DNA of 64,000 nt from Candidatus Krumholzibacteriota bacterium (GCA_963806035.1 CAWDWO010000026.1:64001-128000), one strand, 5' to 3'. Positions 50,065 through 60,371 are shown, counted from the stretch's first letter. Notes: generated by a model from the sequence alone, not told the origin. Translations and numbers: made by a program.

Positions 50065-51242
50065 GCGACCCAATGGCAACCGCCCTCGTCGTAGCCGCCA
50101 CCTTGATCGTGGTCATACTCCTGTGGATGCTTTTCGCCAGGAGCGAGGAAGCCAGGCCCAGCTCCAAGGGCGCGGCGGACGCTTTCGAGCTTCTCCTGGA
50201 AGGACGCAAGGACGAGGCGCAAGTTCTCATGGCCCAACTCATCCGGGCCGGAAGCGCGCCCTCCTCGGTATATCTTCAACTCGGCAACCTCCTGCGGGAG
50301 GGCGGTGATCCGGGGCGCGCGCTCTCGCTGCACCAGGGACTCTTGGCGCGTTCAGCGCTGCCCTCGGATTTGCGCCGACTCGTCGAGCTCGCCATCGCGG
50401 ACGATCTCCTGGCCCAAAACCGCTTCGAAGCCGCCGAGCGGCGCCTGGACGAGTTGGACCGCCGGATTCTCGATCCCGATCTTTTGGAACGTCACGCGCG
50501 GGCGCTGCACCGCCTGGGTCGCATCGAGTACGCCGCGCAGAGATTGGAACAGAGAGCCAAGCTCGCCGGAGGCGAGGCGCGCCGCGAGGCGGCAGCGTAC
50601 CTGGCGGAGATGGCGCGCGAGTCGCTGCGGCAGGGAAAGCCACAGAATGCCGGCGATTTTTTGCATCGGGCTTTCAAGCTGGATGACAGTCTGGGTGCCG
50701 CCTACGAGGTGGCCGGGGACCGGTACATGTCGCTTCAGCGACCCGATCGCGCGGTGCAGGCCTGGGAAGAGGGATTGCGCCGCAGCCGCGGCGGAGCGCG
50801 TACCTTTCTGGCCAGGCTGGCCGACGCCGCGCTACGCGCGGGGAAAATGGAGACGCTGCTCAACGAACTCGAGCGCGAGCGAGCCAACCGTCCCCAGGAT
50901 ACCGCGCTGTGGCGTGCGGTAGCGGATCTGCGGCTGAGGCGCGGCGATCTGGAGAGCTTCTTTGCGCTGGTGGAGGATCCGCCGGCGGTGGACGCCGCCG
51001 ACATTCCGGCCTGGGCGGGCTGGATTCGCTATCTGAGCCGGTCGAACGATCACACTTCACTCTTGAGACTCTTGAGTTCGATGCCGGACTCCTTTGGACC
51101 CCGTCACTACTCGTGCGCGTTCTGTGGCTACCGCGACGAAGAAGCGCGTGAGGCCTGCCCCAAGTGCGGCCGTCTCTTGCCCTTGCGGCCTGACACGAAG
51201 GAGCTGCGATCCCAACGCCTGCTCAAGAGGCAGTACTCGTGA
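50061..51242 (+). CDS. lapB: LapB-like TPR protein with C-terminal rubredoxin-like site
   Basis: N-terminal TM, LQLGNLLREGG..RALSLHQGLL, TPRs, CAFCG...CPKCG. Confidence 0.78.
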   Translation: MSDPMATALVVAATLIVVILLWMLFARSEEARPSSKGAADAFELLLEGRKDEAQVLMAQLIRAGSAPSSVYLQLGNLLREGGDPGRALSLHQGLLARSALPSDLRRLVELAIADDLLAQNRFEAAERRLDELDRRILDPDLLERHARALHRLGRIEYAAQRLEQRAKLAGGEARREAAAYLAEMARESLRQGKPQNAGDFLHRAFKLDDSLGAAYEVAGDRYMSLQRPDRAVQAWEEGLRRSRGGARTFLARLADAALRAGKMETLLNELERERANRPQDTALWRAVADLRLRRGDLESFFALVEDPPAVDAADIPAWAGWIRYLSRSNDHTSLLRLLSSMPDSFGPRHYSCAFCGYRDEEAREACPKCGRLLPLRPDTKELRSQRLLKRQYS

Positions 51243-52276
51243 ACAGAAGGCGCGTTCTCACCCTCTCCGCCGCGGCGCTCTTGCTCATGGGTTTCCTGCG
51301 CTTCGCGCTGGGGGAGGACATCCTCGAGCGGGTGCGGCGCTTGCGCGACCAGACGCACTACGATTTGGCGAGTCAACTGCTCGAGGACCACGTGAAACAC
51401 GGGACCCCGCTCTCGCGCGAACTGCGCTGGCTGCAGGCGGAATTGCAGACCGATCCCGAACGCTTCGATCGCATGGCGGCTTCCCTCACGAGCGGGGGTT
51501 CGGTCTCCGACAGCCTCAATCAAGTGATCTCCTTGGCCCGGGCGCGCGAGTACTTTGCGCGCGGACGCTATCTCTCCGCCGCCGAATTTTTGGAGGCCCT
51601 GCCCCCCGAGGCTTCGCGGCGGCTCCCCCAGATCGCTCTTTTCTCCGGAATGGCCGAAGCCGCCGCGGGCAACGTGCGCAAGGCGAAGGAGCGGCTTTTG
51701 CTGGTGGAAGCCAAGAGCCCCAGCTATCCCATGGCCCAGGTGCTCCTGGCGGATCTCGGTCTGCGCAGTGGCGACGTGAAGGGGGCCCTGCGCTATGCGG
51801 AAGCCGCGCTGGCCACCAGGAACCAGGACGTGGCGCCCCAGGCCCTCTACGCACGTGCCGTCGCTCTCTCCCAGAGTGGAGACGGGAAGCGCGCGGCGGA
51901 AACCAGAAGCGAGATTCTCAGGCGTTTTCCACGCACGGCCGAGGCGAGCTGGGTGCGCGATGAGGGAGTCAAGGCGGCGCGCGACTCGACATCCACTCCC
52001 GAAACGAAGGTGGCCGAAGTGGAAGCACCCGCGCGCCGAACTTCGTTTTCCTTGCAGATGGGCGCGTTCCACGACAGGAGTCTGGCTCTCAAGCTCGCGC
52101 TGACTCTGGAGAGCCAGGTGGACGAACTGAGAATCGAACGCAGCGTGGAGAGTTCGCCCCCCTGGTACCGCGTGATCGTGGGCCGGTTCGCGACGCGCAG
52201 CGCGGCGGAGAGCCTTCAAGACAAACTCAAGAGCCAGGGCTGGCAGGCCGTCATACTCGCGCCGGGACAGAGCTGA
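51239..52276 (+). CDS. Exported TPR-like protein with C-terminal SPOR domain
   Basis: Signal peptide; helical repeats; FSLQMGAF...WYRVIVGRFATRSAAE. Confidence 0.8.
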   Translation: MNRRRVLTLSAAALLLMGFLRFALGEDILERVRRLRDQTHYDLASQLLEDHVKHGTPLSRELRWLQAELQTDPERFDRMAASLTSGGSVSDSLNQVISLARAREYFARGRYLSAAEFLEALPPEASRRLPQIALFSGMAEAAAGNVRKAKERLLLVEAKSPSYPMAQVLLADLGLRSGDVKGALRYAEAALATRNQDVAPQALYARAVALSQSGDGKRAAETRSEILRRFPRTAEASWVRDEGVKAARDSTSTPETKVAEVEAPARRTSFSLQMGAFHDRSLALKLALTLESQVDELRIERSVESSPPWYRVIVGRFATRSAAESLQDKLKSQGWQAVILAPGQS

Positions 52277-54909
52277 TGGGCACGCGACGCAAGTCCGGCG
52301 AACACACGCCCATGATGGAGCAGTATCTCGGACTCAAGGCCGAACATCCCGACGCCATTCTGCTCTTCCGCATGGGGGACTTCTACGAGACCTTCTTCGA
52401 GGACGCGCAGCTGTGTTCTAGGGTCCTGGGCATCACTCTCACTTCCCGCGAAAAGAAGGGGGGCAAACCCATCCCCCTGGCCGGAATCCCCTTCCACGCT
52501 CTCGAGCAGTACTTGAAGAAGCTGCTCGAGTCGGGCGCCACCGTCGCCATCTGTGAACAGACGGAAGACCCCGCGCGCGCCAAGGGACTGGTGCGGCGCG
52601 AGGTGGTGGAGATTCTCTCGCCGGGAACGGTCACCAATCCGGCACTGCTTTCGAGCGACGAGGGCAGCTATCTCCTGGCGCTTCTGCCCAAGGAGAACGA
52701 GTGGGGCTACGCCCTCCTCGACGGCAGCACGGGCGAGTTCCTCTGTGGGCAGGCCCCGGCCGAGGAAGTCCTGGGTTTGCCGCGGCGCTATCCGGTGGTC
52801 GAGATCCTCTTGCCCCAGGAGCTGGTGGAGGAGGGCAGGGCGCGGACGGGGGGCGGCGCCCTGGAGGGGATTCATGCCACGGGTGTCTCCGATTTACTTT
52901 TTGAAAAAGGTTATGCTACAAGGACTTTAGAAGATCACTTCAAGCTGAATGGAATCACTGGCCTGGGACTGGACGGGGCCGGGCTGGCCACGCGCGCCGC
53001 CGGTTGCGCCCTGCGCTACCTGGCCGACCGCCAACGCAGTCTGCCCGCGCAGGTCTCACAGCTCAGCGTGCAGCACAGCGCCGAACAGCTCTATCTGGAC
53101 CGGGAGACGGTGGCCCATTTGGAGCTCTTCGCCAGTCTGCAGAACGGCAAGCGTGAGGGGACGCTCTTCGCGCAGATGGATGCCACCAAGACTCCGATGG
53201 GACGCCGCTGTCTCGCGGCCTGGCTGCGCTCGCCACTTCGGACGCGATCGAAAATCGAGAGACGCCTCGACGCGGTGCAGGCCCTGCGCGAGGACCCCGT
53301 GCTTCTGCGTTCCCTGCGCGAGAGCCTGAATGGCATCGGCGACGTCGAGAGAATTTTGGGTCGCATCGCCACGCGCCGCGCGATGCCCAAGGAACTCGCG
53401 AACCTGCGCGCTTCGCTGCTGCGCGTCGAGGCGATCCACAAGCTGCAGTGGGCGGGGCGCGATCCCATTCTGCAGGAGATCCTGGATCAAATTTCGAGCG
53501 CTGGAGAATTGAACCGGCCCTTGATCACCCATCTCACCGAGGAACCACCGCTGCACTTGCGCAAGGGGGGAATCCTGCGCGAGGGAGTCCATCGTGAACT
53601 GGATGAACTCGCGGACTTGGCGCGCGGGGGAAAGAAGTGGTTGGCCAACTACCAGGCCCGCGAACGCGAGCGCACGGGGATCAGCTCGCTCAAGGTCGCA
53701 TTCAACCGGGTCTTCGGCTACTACATCGAAGTCACGCGTTCGCACCTGTCCAAGGTGCCCGGGGACTATCAGGAGAAGCAGACTCTGGCCGCGGCCAAGC
53801 GCTACGTGACCGAGGATCTGAAGGAGAGAGAGCGGCAGATCCTCAGCGCCGAAGAACGGCGCATCGAACTCGAAAAGAAACTCTATCTCGAACTGCTGGA
53901 AAGCCTGGCCGCTTCGCTCGCGCCGCTGCGCACGCTCACCGCGGCACTGGGGCGGCTGGACACCCTGGGCGCTCTGGCCGCACTGAGTCTGGCGCGCGAC
54001 TACGTCCGCCCCGAGATCGACGAGAGCGGAGTGCTCTTGATCGAGGAGGGACGGCACCCGGTGGTGGAGAAGCTGGTGCAGGAGCCCTTCGTGCCCAACG
54101 ATCTTGCGATGGACTCCAGCGAGCGGCAGATCCTGCTGCTCACCGGCCCCAACATGGGCGGAAAGTCCACCTACCTGCGTCAAGCCGCGCTGCTGGTGAT
54201 CATGGCGCAGATGGGATCCTTCGTGCCGGCGCGCCGCGCGCGCATCGGCCTCACCGATCGTCTCTTCACGCGGGTGGGCGCCAGCGACAATCTGGCGCGC
54301 GGGCAGAGCACCTTTCTGGTGGAGATGGCGGAGTGCGCCAAGATCTTGCGCGGTTCCACCGACCAGAGCCTGGTGATTCTGGACGAGGTGGGCCGCGGAA
54401 CCTCCACCGACGACGGCCTGGCGCTGGCATGGGCGATCACCGAGCATCTGCACGACGGTCCCGTGCATCCCAAAGCTCTCTTTGCCACCCACTTTCACGA
54501 GCTGACCCAGCTCGTCGAGAGCTTGCCACGTCTTGCCAACATCCAGATGGAGGTGCGGGACTGGCAGGGCCAGATTCTGTTCCTGCACAGAGTGATTCCC
54601 GGGGCCGGCGATCGTAGCTACGGGATCCACGTGGCCGAGCTGGCGGGGATTCCGCCCTCGGTTCTGCGGCGCGCCCGCGAGCTCTTGAACGAGCGCCGCA
54701 GCGCGTCTCCCGCCGTGCCCCGAGCCGCGCGTCCGGCGGCCAAGGAAGCTCTCCAACTGCCCCTCTTCAGTCCGGCCGAACTCGAGGTGCTCCAGCGCCT
54801 GAGGGAGACCCAACCCGAGCGTCTGCGGCCCGTGGATGCGCTGGTGCTCCTGAGCCAGCTCAAGGAGCGCCTGGAGGGCTTTTTGGCCGACGCCTCCGAG
54901 GACGCCTAA
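52276..54909 (+). CDS. mutS: DNA mismatch repair protein MutS
   Basis: TPMMEQY, FRMGDFYETF, GRHPVVE, TGPNMGGKSTYLRQ, STFLVEM, DEVGRGTST, FATHFHEL, SYGIHVA. Confidence 0.97.
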   Translation: MGTRRKSGEHTPMMEQYLGLKAEHPDAILLFRMGDFYETFFEDAQLCSRVLGITLTSREKKGGKPIPLAGIPFHALEQYLKKLLESGATVAICEQTEDPARAKGLVRREVVEILSPGTVTNPALLSSDEGSYLLALLPKENEWGYALLDGSTGEFLCGQAPAEEVLGLPRRYPVVEILLPQELVEEGRARTGGGALEGIHATGVSDLLFEKGYATRTLEDHFKLNGITGLGLDGAGLATRAAGCALRYLADRQRSLPAQVSQLSVQHSAEQLYLDRETVAHLELFASLQNGKREGTLFAQMDATKTPMGRRCLAAWLRSPLRTRSKIERRLDAVQALREDPVLLRSLRESLNGIGDVERILGRIATRRAMPKELANLRASLLRVEAIHKLQWAGRDPILQEILDQISSAGELNRPLITHLTEEPPLHLRKGGILREGVHRELDELADLARGGKKWLANYQARERERTGISSLKVAFNRVFGYYIEVTRSHLSKVPGDYQEKQTLAAAKRYVTEDLKERERQILSAEERRIELEKKLYLELLESLAASLAPLRTLTAALGRLDTLGALAALSLARDYVRPEIDESGVLLIEEGRHPVVEKLVQEPFVPNDLAMDSSERQILLLTGPNMGGKSTYLRQAALLVIMAQMGSFVPARRARIGLTDRLFTRVGASDNLARGQSTFLVEMAECAKILRGSTDQSLVILDEVGRGTSTDDGLALAWAITEHLHDGPVHPKALFATHFHELTQLVESLPRLANIQMEVRDWQGQILFLHRVIPGAGDRSYGIHVAELAGIPPSVLRRARELLNERRSASPAVPRAARPAAKEALQLPLFSPAELEVLQRLRETQPERLRPVDALVLLSQLKERLEGFLADASEDA

Positions 54910-54940
54910 GCTCCTTTGTTCACGGCAGTTTAGTCCGTGC

Positions 54941-54956
54941 TGGCACCCTCCTTGCT
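54941..54956 (+). promoter_or_regulatory. Putative sigma-54 (-24/-12) promoter
   Basis: TGGCAC-CCTCC-TTGCT, matches TGGCAC-N5-TTGCW; intergenic, 54 nt before ATG 55011. Confidence 0.78.
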
Positions 54957-55010
54957 GCGCCAATCATGGTCCGCTGTACCTCAAGGTGGAGGGAGGTGGA
55001 CGAAATTGCC

Positions 55011-57257
55011 ATGCAAGACACAGCTAATCCGTTGACTCTCTTGGGGATGGTTGGGGTCCGGGAAGCCGAGATCCCGGTCCTGGCCGAGTTGCATCGTGCG
55101 GTCGCGGTGCAGATCGTGGGCGTGTATGACCCGGATCCGAAGGCTCTGGGCCACGAAATTGCCGAAATTCTGGGGATTCCCCACGGACACAGCCGCGAAT
55201 TCTTGAGCGAATTGGCCAGGGCGGGGCAGGTGGTCCTGAGCCAGGAGCGCGAGCGGATCCAGGACGCAGTGGCCTATCTGCGCGGTGAGAAGGTGCGCCT
55301 CCTGGGACTGCACGAGGCCCTGGAACTCTACGGTGAACCGGGGTGGCCGCCGCGACGCGGAGTGCGGGAGATGCGCGCGGAAAGCGCGCGCTGGCGCGAC
55401 TTCGACGATGCCATCCGCTGGCTGGATCGCGCCCTGGACCGCGAGGAGGTCTTGCGCGGTCTTCTGGCCCTGGTGATCCAGGCCGTCGACGCGGACAGCG
55501 GGAGCATCCAACTCCTCAACCATGCCACCAAGGAACTCTACATCGCCTACGCCGAAGGTCTGAGCGACCATACCATTCGTACCAGCCGCCGACGCCTGGG
55601 AGAGGGAATCAGCGGACGGGTGGCGATGAGTGGAGAAGGCGAAGTCATCGAAGGGCAACCCACCGCAGCGCGCGAACGTGACCGTTGCGACATCCAGAGT
55701 GCGATCTGCGTGCCGTTGCTCGACGACGATTTGACCCTGGGCGTGACCAACGTCTCGCGCGATCGCGGCTCCAGCTCGTTCTCGGCCGTCGACCTCGCCA
55801 CGGTGCAGCGCATGGCGGCGCGCATCACTCCCGTGCTTTCGCATCTACTCGAAATCCAGTCCTACCACGAACGCGCGCTGGTCAACGATCTCGAGCGGGG
55901 TCTGGATCGACTCCTGCAGATGGAGTTGCCGGTATCCCAGGCCTTCGGACTCATCCGCAGTCTTCTGCACGATCTCTCCGGCGCCGAGAGTTGCCAATTG
56001 ATCATCCTGGGTGGAGCCGGGCCGGCGCTGCGCGTGCTTGCCGGTGAGGATGAGGAGGGTGAACCCTATCTGGTGCGTGACGTGGACCCCCAGAGCGGCA
56101 TCCTGGCCCAGGTCCTCTTGACCTCGGAAGTCGTGATCCTCGAGGAGAGAATTCGACCCGCCGGCCGCAAGACGGCCCGGCGCTACTCCAGCCTCTACGT
56201 TCCCCTGGGAAGCCCGGAGTGCTTCGCGGTGCTCATCATGGATTTCGAAGGGCTGTCCGCACTGAGTCACTTCCAGCGCAACTTGAGCCAGGTACAGGCC
56301 GTGGTCACTTCGCGTCTGGGAACCCTGCTGGCTCGCGAAGAGGGCCGCGTGCGCATGGAACATCTGCAGGGGCTGGCGCGCGAACTGAGCCGCGTGGGTT
56401 CTCTTCCCTTCAGCGAACGTCCGGCTCGGGTGGCCAGTGCCTTCATGGAGCTCAGCGGGGCCAACGCGGTCGCGGTCTACCAGGGACGGGGAGAGGCGCC
56501 CACCGTATGGCTTGGCGAAGAAAACCTGCCCGAGTGTGATCCCCGGGAGTTGTGGAGCGAATTTTCGCAGCGCATCGAGAACCAAGAGTCGCAGCGGCTG
56601 CGCGGCTTCGAATCCTCCGGCGGCAAAGTGAAGAACTGGCTGGTGGTTCTCGAAGCCGACCAGCGCGTACTGATCGCTTTCGACCGCAAGCCCAAGAGTG
56701 CGCTGGAGGAGCGCGGATTCAGCGAGGAAGATGCCGACATGGCGGCCCTGCTCCTGGGCACTCTTCCCGCCGAAGAAGCGCTCCAGCAAGAAAGGCACAT
56801 GGTCGCGGCAGGCCATCCGGCCCCGGAGCTGATGCGAGCGGACAGCTTCGACATCACGGCCAACCGTCTGCTGCTGCGCGAAGCGCTCGAGCGCGAACTT
56901 CAGCGCGCGCAGCGTTACCACGTCGGATTTTCTTTGACATGCTTCCAGGTGGACGCCCCTCAGGCCAAGCCGGAATTCCAGAAGCGTCTCGTGGACGTCG
57001 TACTCGATGCCGCGCGCTCGACCGATTGCGTGCTCTTCATTGCCCCGGACCGTTTTGCGGTCCTGGCTCCGGAAGAGGCACGGGGGCAGCGGCGCCTGGC
57101 CCGCCGCTATCGGTACCTGGTGGAGAAGCTGCTCGGCGAGCTCGGAGGCGCCGGCTCGGATCTGCGCATCGACCACGCACGCTACCCCCATGACGCCGAG
57201 ACTCCGGACGAGATTCTGCAGGAGGCGCAGAAGGCACTGGGTCCCGCGGCAGATTGA
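55011..57257 (+). CDS. Signalling protein: Rossmann-like N-terminus, multiple GAF domains, degenerate GGDEF domain
   Basis: VQIVGVYDPDPKALG; GAF motifs ADSGSIQL, LGEGISGRVA, SAICVPL; LERELQRAQRY, RSTD-x5-APDRF, YPHDAETPDEIL; GGAGG SD. Confidence 0.78.
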   Translation: MQDTANPLTLLGMVGVREAEIPVLAELHRAVAVQIVGVYDPDPKALGHEIAEILGIPHGHSREFLSELARAGQVVLSQERERIQDAVAYLRGEKVRLLGLHEALELYGEPGWPPRRGVREMRAESARWRDFDDAIRWLDRALDREEVLRGLLALVIQAVDADSGSIQLLNHATKELYIAYAEGLSDHTIRTSRRRLGEGISGRVAMSGEGEVIEGQPTAARERDRCDIQSAICVPLLDDDLTLGVTNVSRDRGSSSFSAVDLATVQRMAARITPVLSHLLEIQSYHERALVNDLERGLDRLLQMELPVSQAFGLIRSLLHDLSGAESCQLIILGGAGPALRVLAGEDEEGEPYLVRDVDPQSGILAQVLLTSEVVILEERIRPAGRKTARRYSSLYVPLGSPECFAVLIMDFEGLSALSHFQRNLSQVQAVVTSRLGTLLAREEGRVRMEHLQGLARELSRVGSLPFSERPARVASAFMELSGANAVAVYQGRGEAPTVWLGEENLPECDPRELWSEFSQRIENQESQRLRGFESSGGKVKNWLVVLEADQRVLIAFDRKPKSALEERGFSEEDADMAALLLGTLPAEEALQQERHMVAAGHPAPELMRADSFDITANRLLLREALERELQRAQRYHVGFSLTCFQVDAPQAKPEFQKRLVDVVLDAARSTDCVLFIAPDRFAVLAPEEARGQRRLARRYRYLVEKLLGELGGAGSDLRIDHARYPHDAETPDEILQEAQKALGPAAD

Positions 57258-57282
57258 CAGCGCCCCCTCCTCGGCGTAGTGT
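57254..57282 (+). promoter_or_regulatory. Putative sigma-70 promoter of mutL-miaA
   Basis: TTGACA-17 nt-TAGTGT; -35 overlaps upstream stop. Confidence 0.68.
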
Positions 57283-57365
57283 GAGCGCCACCGGCGCAAC
57301 GGAATTTTCGCCTGTGCCAAACAACTCCAACTCACACCATCACAAGTGTTTCAGGGATTGTCTTC

Positions 57366-59186
57366 GTGAATGCTCCCAACTCAGAGCGTCGCCCGATCCG
57401 TCTTCTGGATCCCTCCTGCGTCGACCGCATCGCCGCCGGCGAGGTCGTGGAGCGTCCGGCTTCGGCGGTCAAGGAGCTGGTGGAGAACGCGCTGGATGCC
57501 GGGGCGCGTCACATCGTGATCCGGCTGCGGCGCGGCGGGCTGGAGGAGATCACGGTGGAGGACGACGGGAGCGGAATTCCCGTGCGCGAAGTGCCGTTGG
57601 CGGTGGAGGCGCACGCGACCTCGAAAATCGCGGGCAGTGGCGATCTGCTCGCGGTCCATTCCTTCGGCTTTCGCGGGGAAGCCCTGGCGTCCATCGCCTC
57701 GGTGAGCCGCTTCACGCTGCGCTCGCGCGCCGCCGAGGAGGAGCTGGGGACGCGTCTCGATCTGGTCGGTGGACGGCTCGAGCGCAAGGAAGCGCTGGCC
57801 AGGCATCCGGGCACGAGCGTGACCGCCTGCGATCTCTTCTTCAATCTGCCGGCGCGCCGCCAGTTCCTCAAGGGTGAATCCAGCGAGAATCGAGCGGTGA
57901 CCCAGGTGGTGACCGCGCTCGCCCTGGCGCATCCGGAGGTCGCTTTCCGCCTGGAGTCTGCCGGACGGGTGAGTCTGGATCTTCCCAGCGCGCTCGATCT
58001 GGAGACGAGAGTTCACGGTGTCTTCGGTTCCTCGGTGGCCGAGCATCTGCGGCGCTTCGAAGCGCAGGTGCAGGGGATGCGGGTCGAGGGACTGTGTAGC
58101 CTTCCCACCTATACGCGCGGCAACCGGACCGGGCAGTTCGTCTACGTGAACCGGCGCAACGTGAACGACAAGGGTCTGAGCCACGCAATTCAGCACGCCT
58201 ATCGCGAGGTCATTCCCGCCGGCCGCTTCCCGTTGGTGCTGCTTTTTCTCGAAGTGCCGCCCTCGCGCGTGGACGTGAACATCCATCCCACCAAAGCCGA
58301 AATTCGTCTGCGCGATTCCGGCACCGCCCACGAGCTGGTACGCCACGCGATTCAGGATGCGCTCGCCTTGCGTAACGAGAGCAGGGGGGAGGCCCGCGGG
58401 ACGCAAGTGGAGGACGAGGCGATGGAGCGCTTGCGCCGCACCGCCGAGGAGGTCTTCCGGCACGGGCCCACCGAAGGACACTCGACGCCCTACGGACCGG
58501 CTTGGAGTCGCAGCAAGGAGGCGCCCACTCTTTTCGAGGGCGGAGACTCGGCGCATGAAAGCGGCTTCGTGCCCCAGGGGGCACCGGTCGATCCCGGTCT
58601 GGGCCAGAGTTTGGATACTTCGGCCGGACTGTTTTGGCAGCTGCACTCCACCTTCATTCTCACCCAGATCCGCGGGGCCTTGGTGATCGTCGATCAGCAC
58701 AACAGTCACGAGCGCATCCTCTACAACGAAGGAAAGCGCGCGGTGGAGGGCAGAGCGGCCGCGGTACAGCAGCTGCTTTTTCCCTGCACGCTGGAGCTTT
58801 CCCCCACGGAGTTGTCGGCCTACGAAGTCCATCGGGGCGACCTGGAACGCATGGGTTTTCTCACCGAGGCTTTCGGCGGCTCCACCGTGCTCGTACGCGG
58901 AATTCCCAACGAGCTGCGCAACTGGAACGATGGCGCCCTGCTGCGCGACATCCTGGTCGATCTCGCCGAAAGCGGGCGCGGGGGCAGCGATCCGAAGGAA
59001 GCGATTCTCGCCTCCTACGCCTGCCACGGCGCGATCCGCGCCGGTGAGAAACTGACCCTGCCGGAGATGCAGGCCCTGATGGACCGCCTCTTCGCCACCG
59101 AACTTCCCTACTCGTGCCCCCACGGACGGCCCACCCTCATCAAGATCGGCCTGCAGGAGCTGGAACGACGCTTCGGAAGACGTTGA
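57366..59186 (+). CDS. mutL: DNA mismatch repair endonuclease MutL
   Basis: IAAGEVVERPASAVKELVENALDAG, HATSKI, GFRGEALASI, DVNIHPTK, DQHNSHERILY, ACH, CPHGRP. Confidence 0.97.
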   Translation: MNAPNSERRPIRLLDPSCVDRIAAGEVVERPASAVKELVENALDAGARHIVIRLRRGGLEEITVEDDGSGIPVREVPLAVEAHATSKIAGSGDLLAVHSFGFRGEALASIASVSRFTLRSRAAEEELGTRLDLVGGRLERKEALARHPGTSVTACDLFFNLPARRQFLKGESSENRAVTQVVTALALAHPEVAFRLESAGRVSLDLPSALDLETRVHGVFGSSVAEHLRRFEAQVQGMRVEGLCSLPTYTRGNRTGQFVYVNRRNVNDKGLSHAIQHAYREVIPAGRFPLVLLFLEVPPSRVDVNIHPTKAEIRLRDSGTAHELVRHAIQDALALRNESRGEARGTQVEDEAMERLRRTAEEVFRHGPTEGHSTPYGPAWSRSKEAPTLFEGGDSAHESGFVPQGAPVDPGLGQSLDTSAGLFWQLHSTFILTQIRGALVIVDQHNSHERILYNEGKRAVEGRAAAVQQLLFPCTLELSPTELSAYEVHRGDLERMGFLTEAFGGSTVLVRGIPNELRNWNDGALLRDILVDLAESGRGGSDPKEAILASYACHGAIRAGEKLTLPEMQALMDRLFATELPYSCPHGRPTLIKIGLQELERRFGRR

Positions 59187-59189
59187 TTG

Positions 59190-60131
59190 ATGCGAGATAG
59201 CACTCCGAGTCTGGTGGTGCTCGTCGGCGCCACCGCCACCGGAAAGACCCGCCTGGCCTTGGAGGTGGCGCGCGAGTTCGAAGCGCCGCTCGAACTGATC
59301 TCTCTCGACTCGCGGCAGATCTATCGCGGCCTGGATCTGGGCACGGGAAAGCCGAGCCTCGAAGAGCGTCAAGCGCTGCCGCATCATCTCGTGGACATCA
59401 TCGATCCTGACGAGCGTTTCGACGCGGGACGTTACCGTCGGCGCGTCGAAGAACTTTTGCCCGGACTCTTCGCGCGCAAAGTGACCCCGATCGTGGTGGG
59501 AGGAGCGGGCTTCTATTTGCGGGCCCTGCAAGAAGGCTTCTTCGATCTGCCCGAAGACCCCGAACTTCTGGCCGAGCTGCGCCGCGAGTGGAAGCAACTC
59601 TCGGGCGAAGAACTCAGCCGTCGTCTGCACGAAGTCGATCCCGAGCGCGCGGCACAACTGCATCCCAACGATCGCTACCGTCTGGAGCGCGCGCTGGAGA
59701 TCCACGCGCTCAGCGGGAAGAGCATGAGCGAACTCGCCCGCGACTTTCGACCGAGCCCCGTTTTGGGATTGAAGCTGCGCGTATTCCATCTGCAAGAAAC
59801 GCGTTGGAAGCTGCACGCGAAAATCGCCAGCCGCGCCGAACAATGGTTGCACGGGGGATGGATCGAGGAGACGCGCGAACTTCTGCAAAAGGGGTGGGGG
59901 AAGGACTCGCCCGGACTCTCGATCCTGGGTTACCGGGAGATCGTCTCCTTCCTTGAAAATCCCGGACCGAGTGAGGAACTCTTCGAGCGTGTCCTCGTCT
60001 CCACCCGCCGCTACGCGCGGCAGCAGGAGATCTGGTTCCGCAAGACCGAGGTGGAATTGAGAGCGACGCCGGAGAACCCCGCCCTGAAGAGCCAGCTTCT
60101 GAAGGCACTGCGGGAATCCGCGTCCTCTTGA
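59190..60131 (+). CDS. miaA: tRNA dimethylallyltransferase
   Basis: GATATGKT, DSRQIYRGLDLGTGKP, PHHLVD, GGAGFY, LGYRE, TRRYARQQ..WF. Confidence 0.95.
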   Translation: MRDSTPSLVVLVGATATGKTRLALEVAREFEAPLELISLDSRQIYRGLDLGTGKPSLEERQALPHHLVDIIDPDERFDAGRYRRRVEELLPGLFARKVTPIVVGGAGFYLRALQEGFFDLPEDPELLAELRREWKQLSGEELSRRLHEVDPERAAQLHPNDRYRLERALEIHALSGKSMSELARDFRPSPVLGLKLRVFHLQETRWKLHAKIASRAEQWLHGGWIEETRELLQKGWGKDSPGLSILGYREIVSFLENPGPSEELFERVLVSTRRYARQQEIWFRKTEVELRATPENPALKSQLLKALRESASS

Positions 60132-60156
60132 CACCCCCATGCGCCCTTGCTAGCTT
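60128..60156 (+). promoter_or_regulatory. Putative sigma-70 promoter of tRNA-Gly
   Basis: TTGACA-17 nt-TAGCTT with TGn extension; -35 overlaps miaA stop. Confidence 0.7.
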
Positions 60157-60191
60157 GCGAGCCTGCCTCGCCGCCCGCGGAGGGGCTAAGA

Positions 60192-60272
<81 letters not shown>

Positions 60273-60371
60273 TCCCGCCGCTTCGGGCCCCGCAGAACCG
60301 CGCATCGTTGCCAGGGCGAGCATTGGGTCCTATCATCATGACCCGCATTGGCCCATTCCCGAGGAAATCCA

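Noticed and set aside
52891..52925. dif-like site (TTATGCTACAA resembles a XerD arm)
   Set aside because: Inside mutS coding sequence with no matching XerC arm or correct palindromic structure.
57381..60140. 919-aa minus-strand ORF (likewise 45002-47104, 53056-54963, 14692-16497, 3070-4797, 1530-3203)
   Set aside because: Antisense to well-supported housekeeping genes; stop-poor mirror frames.
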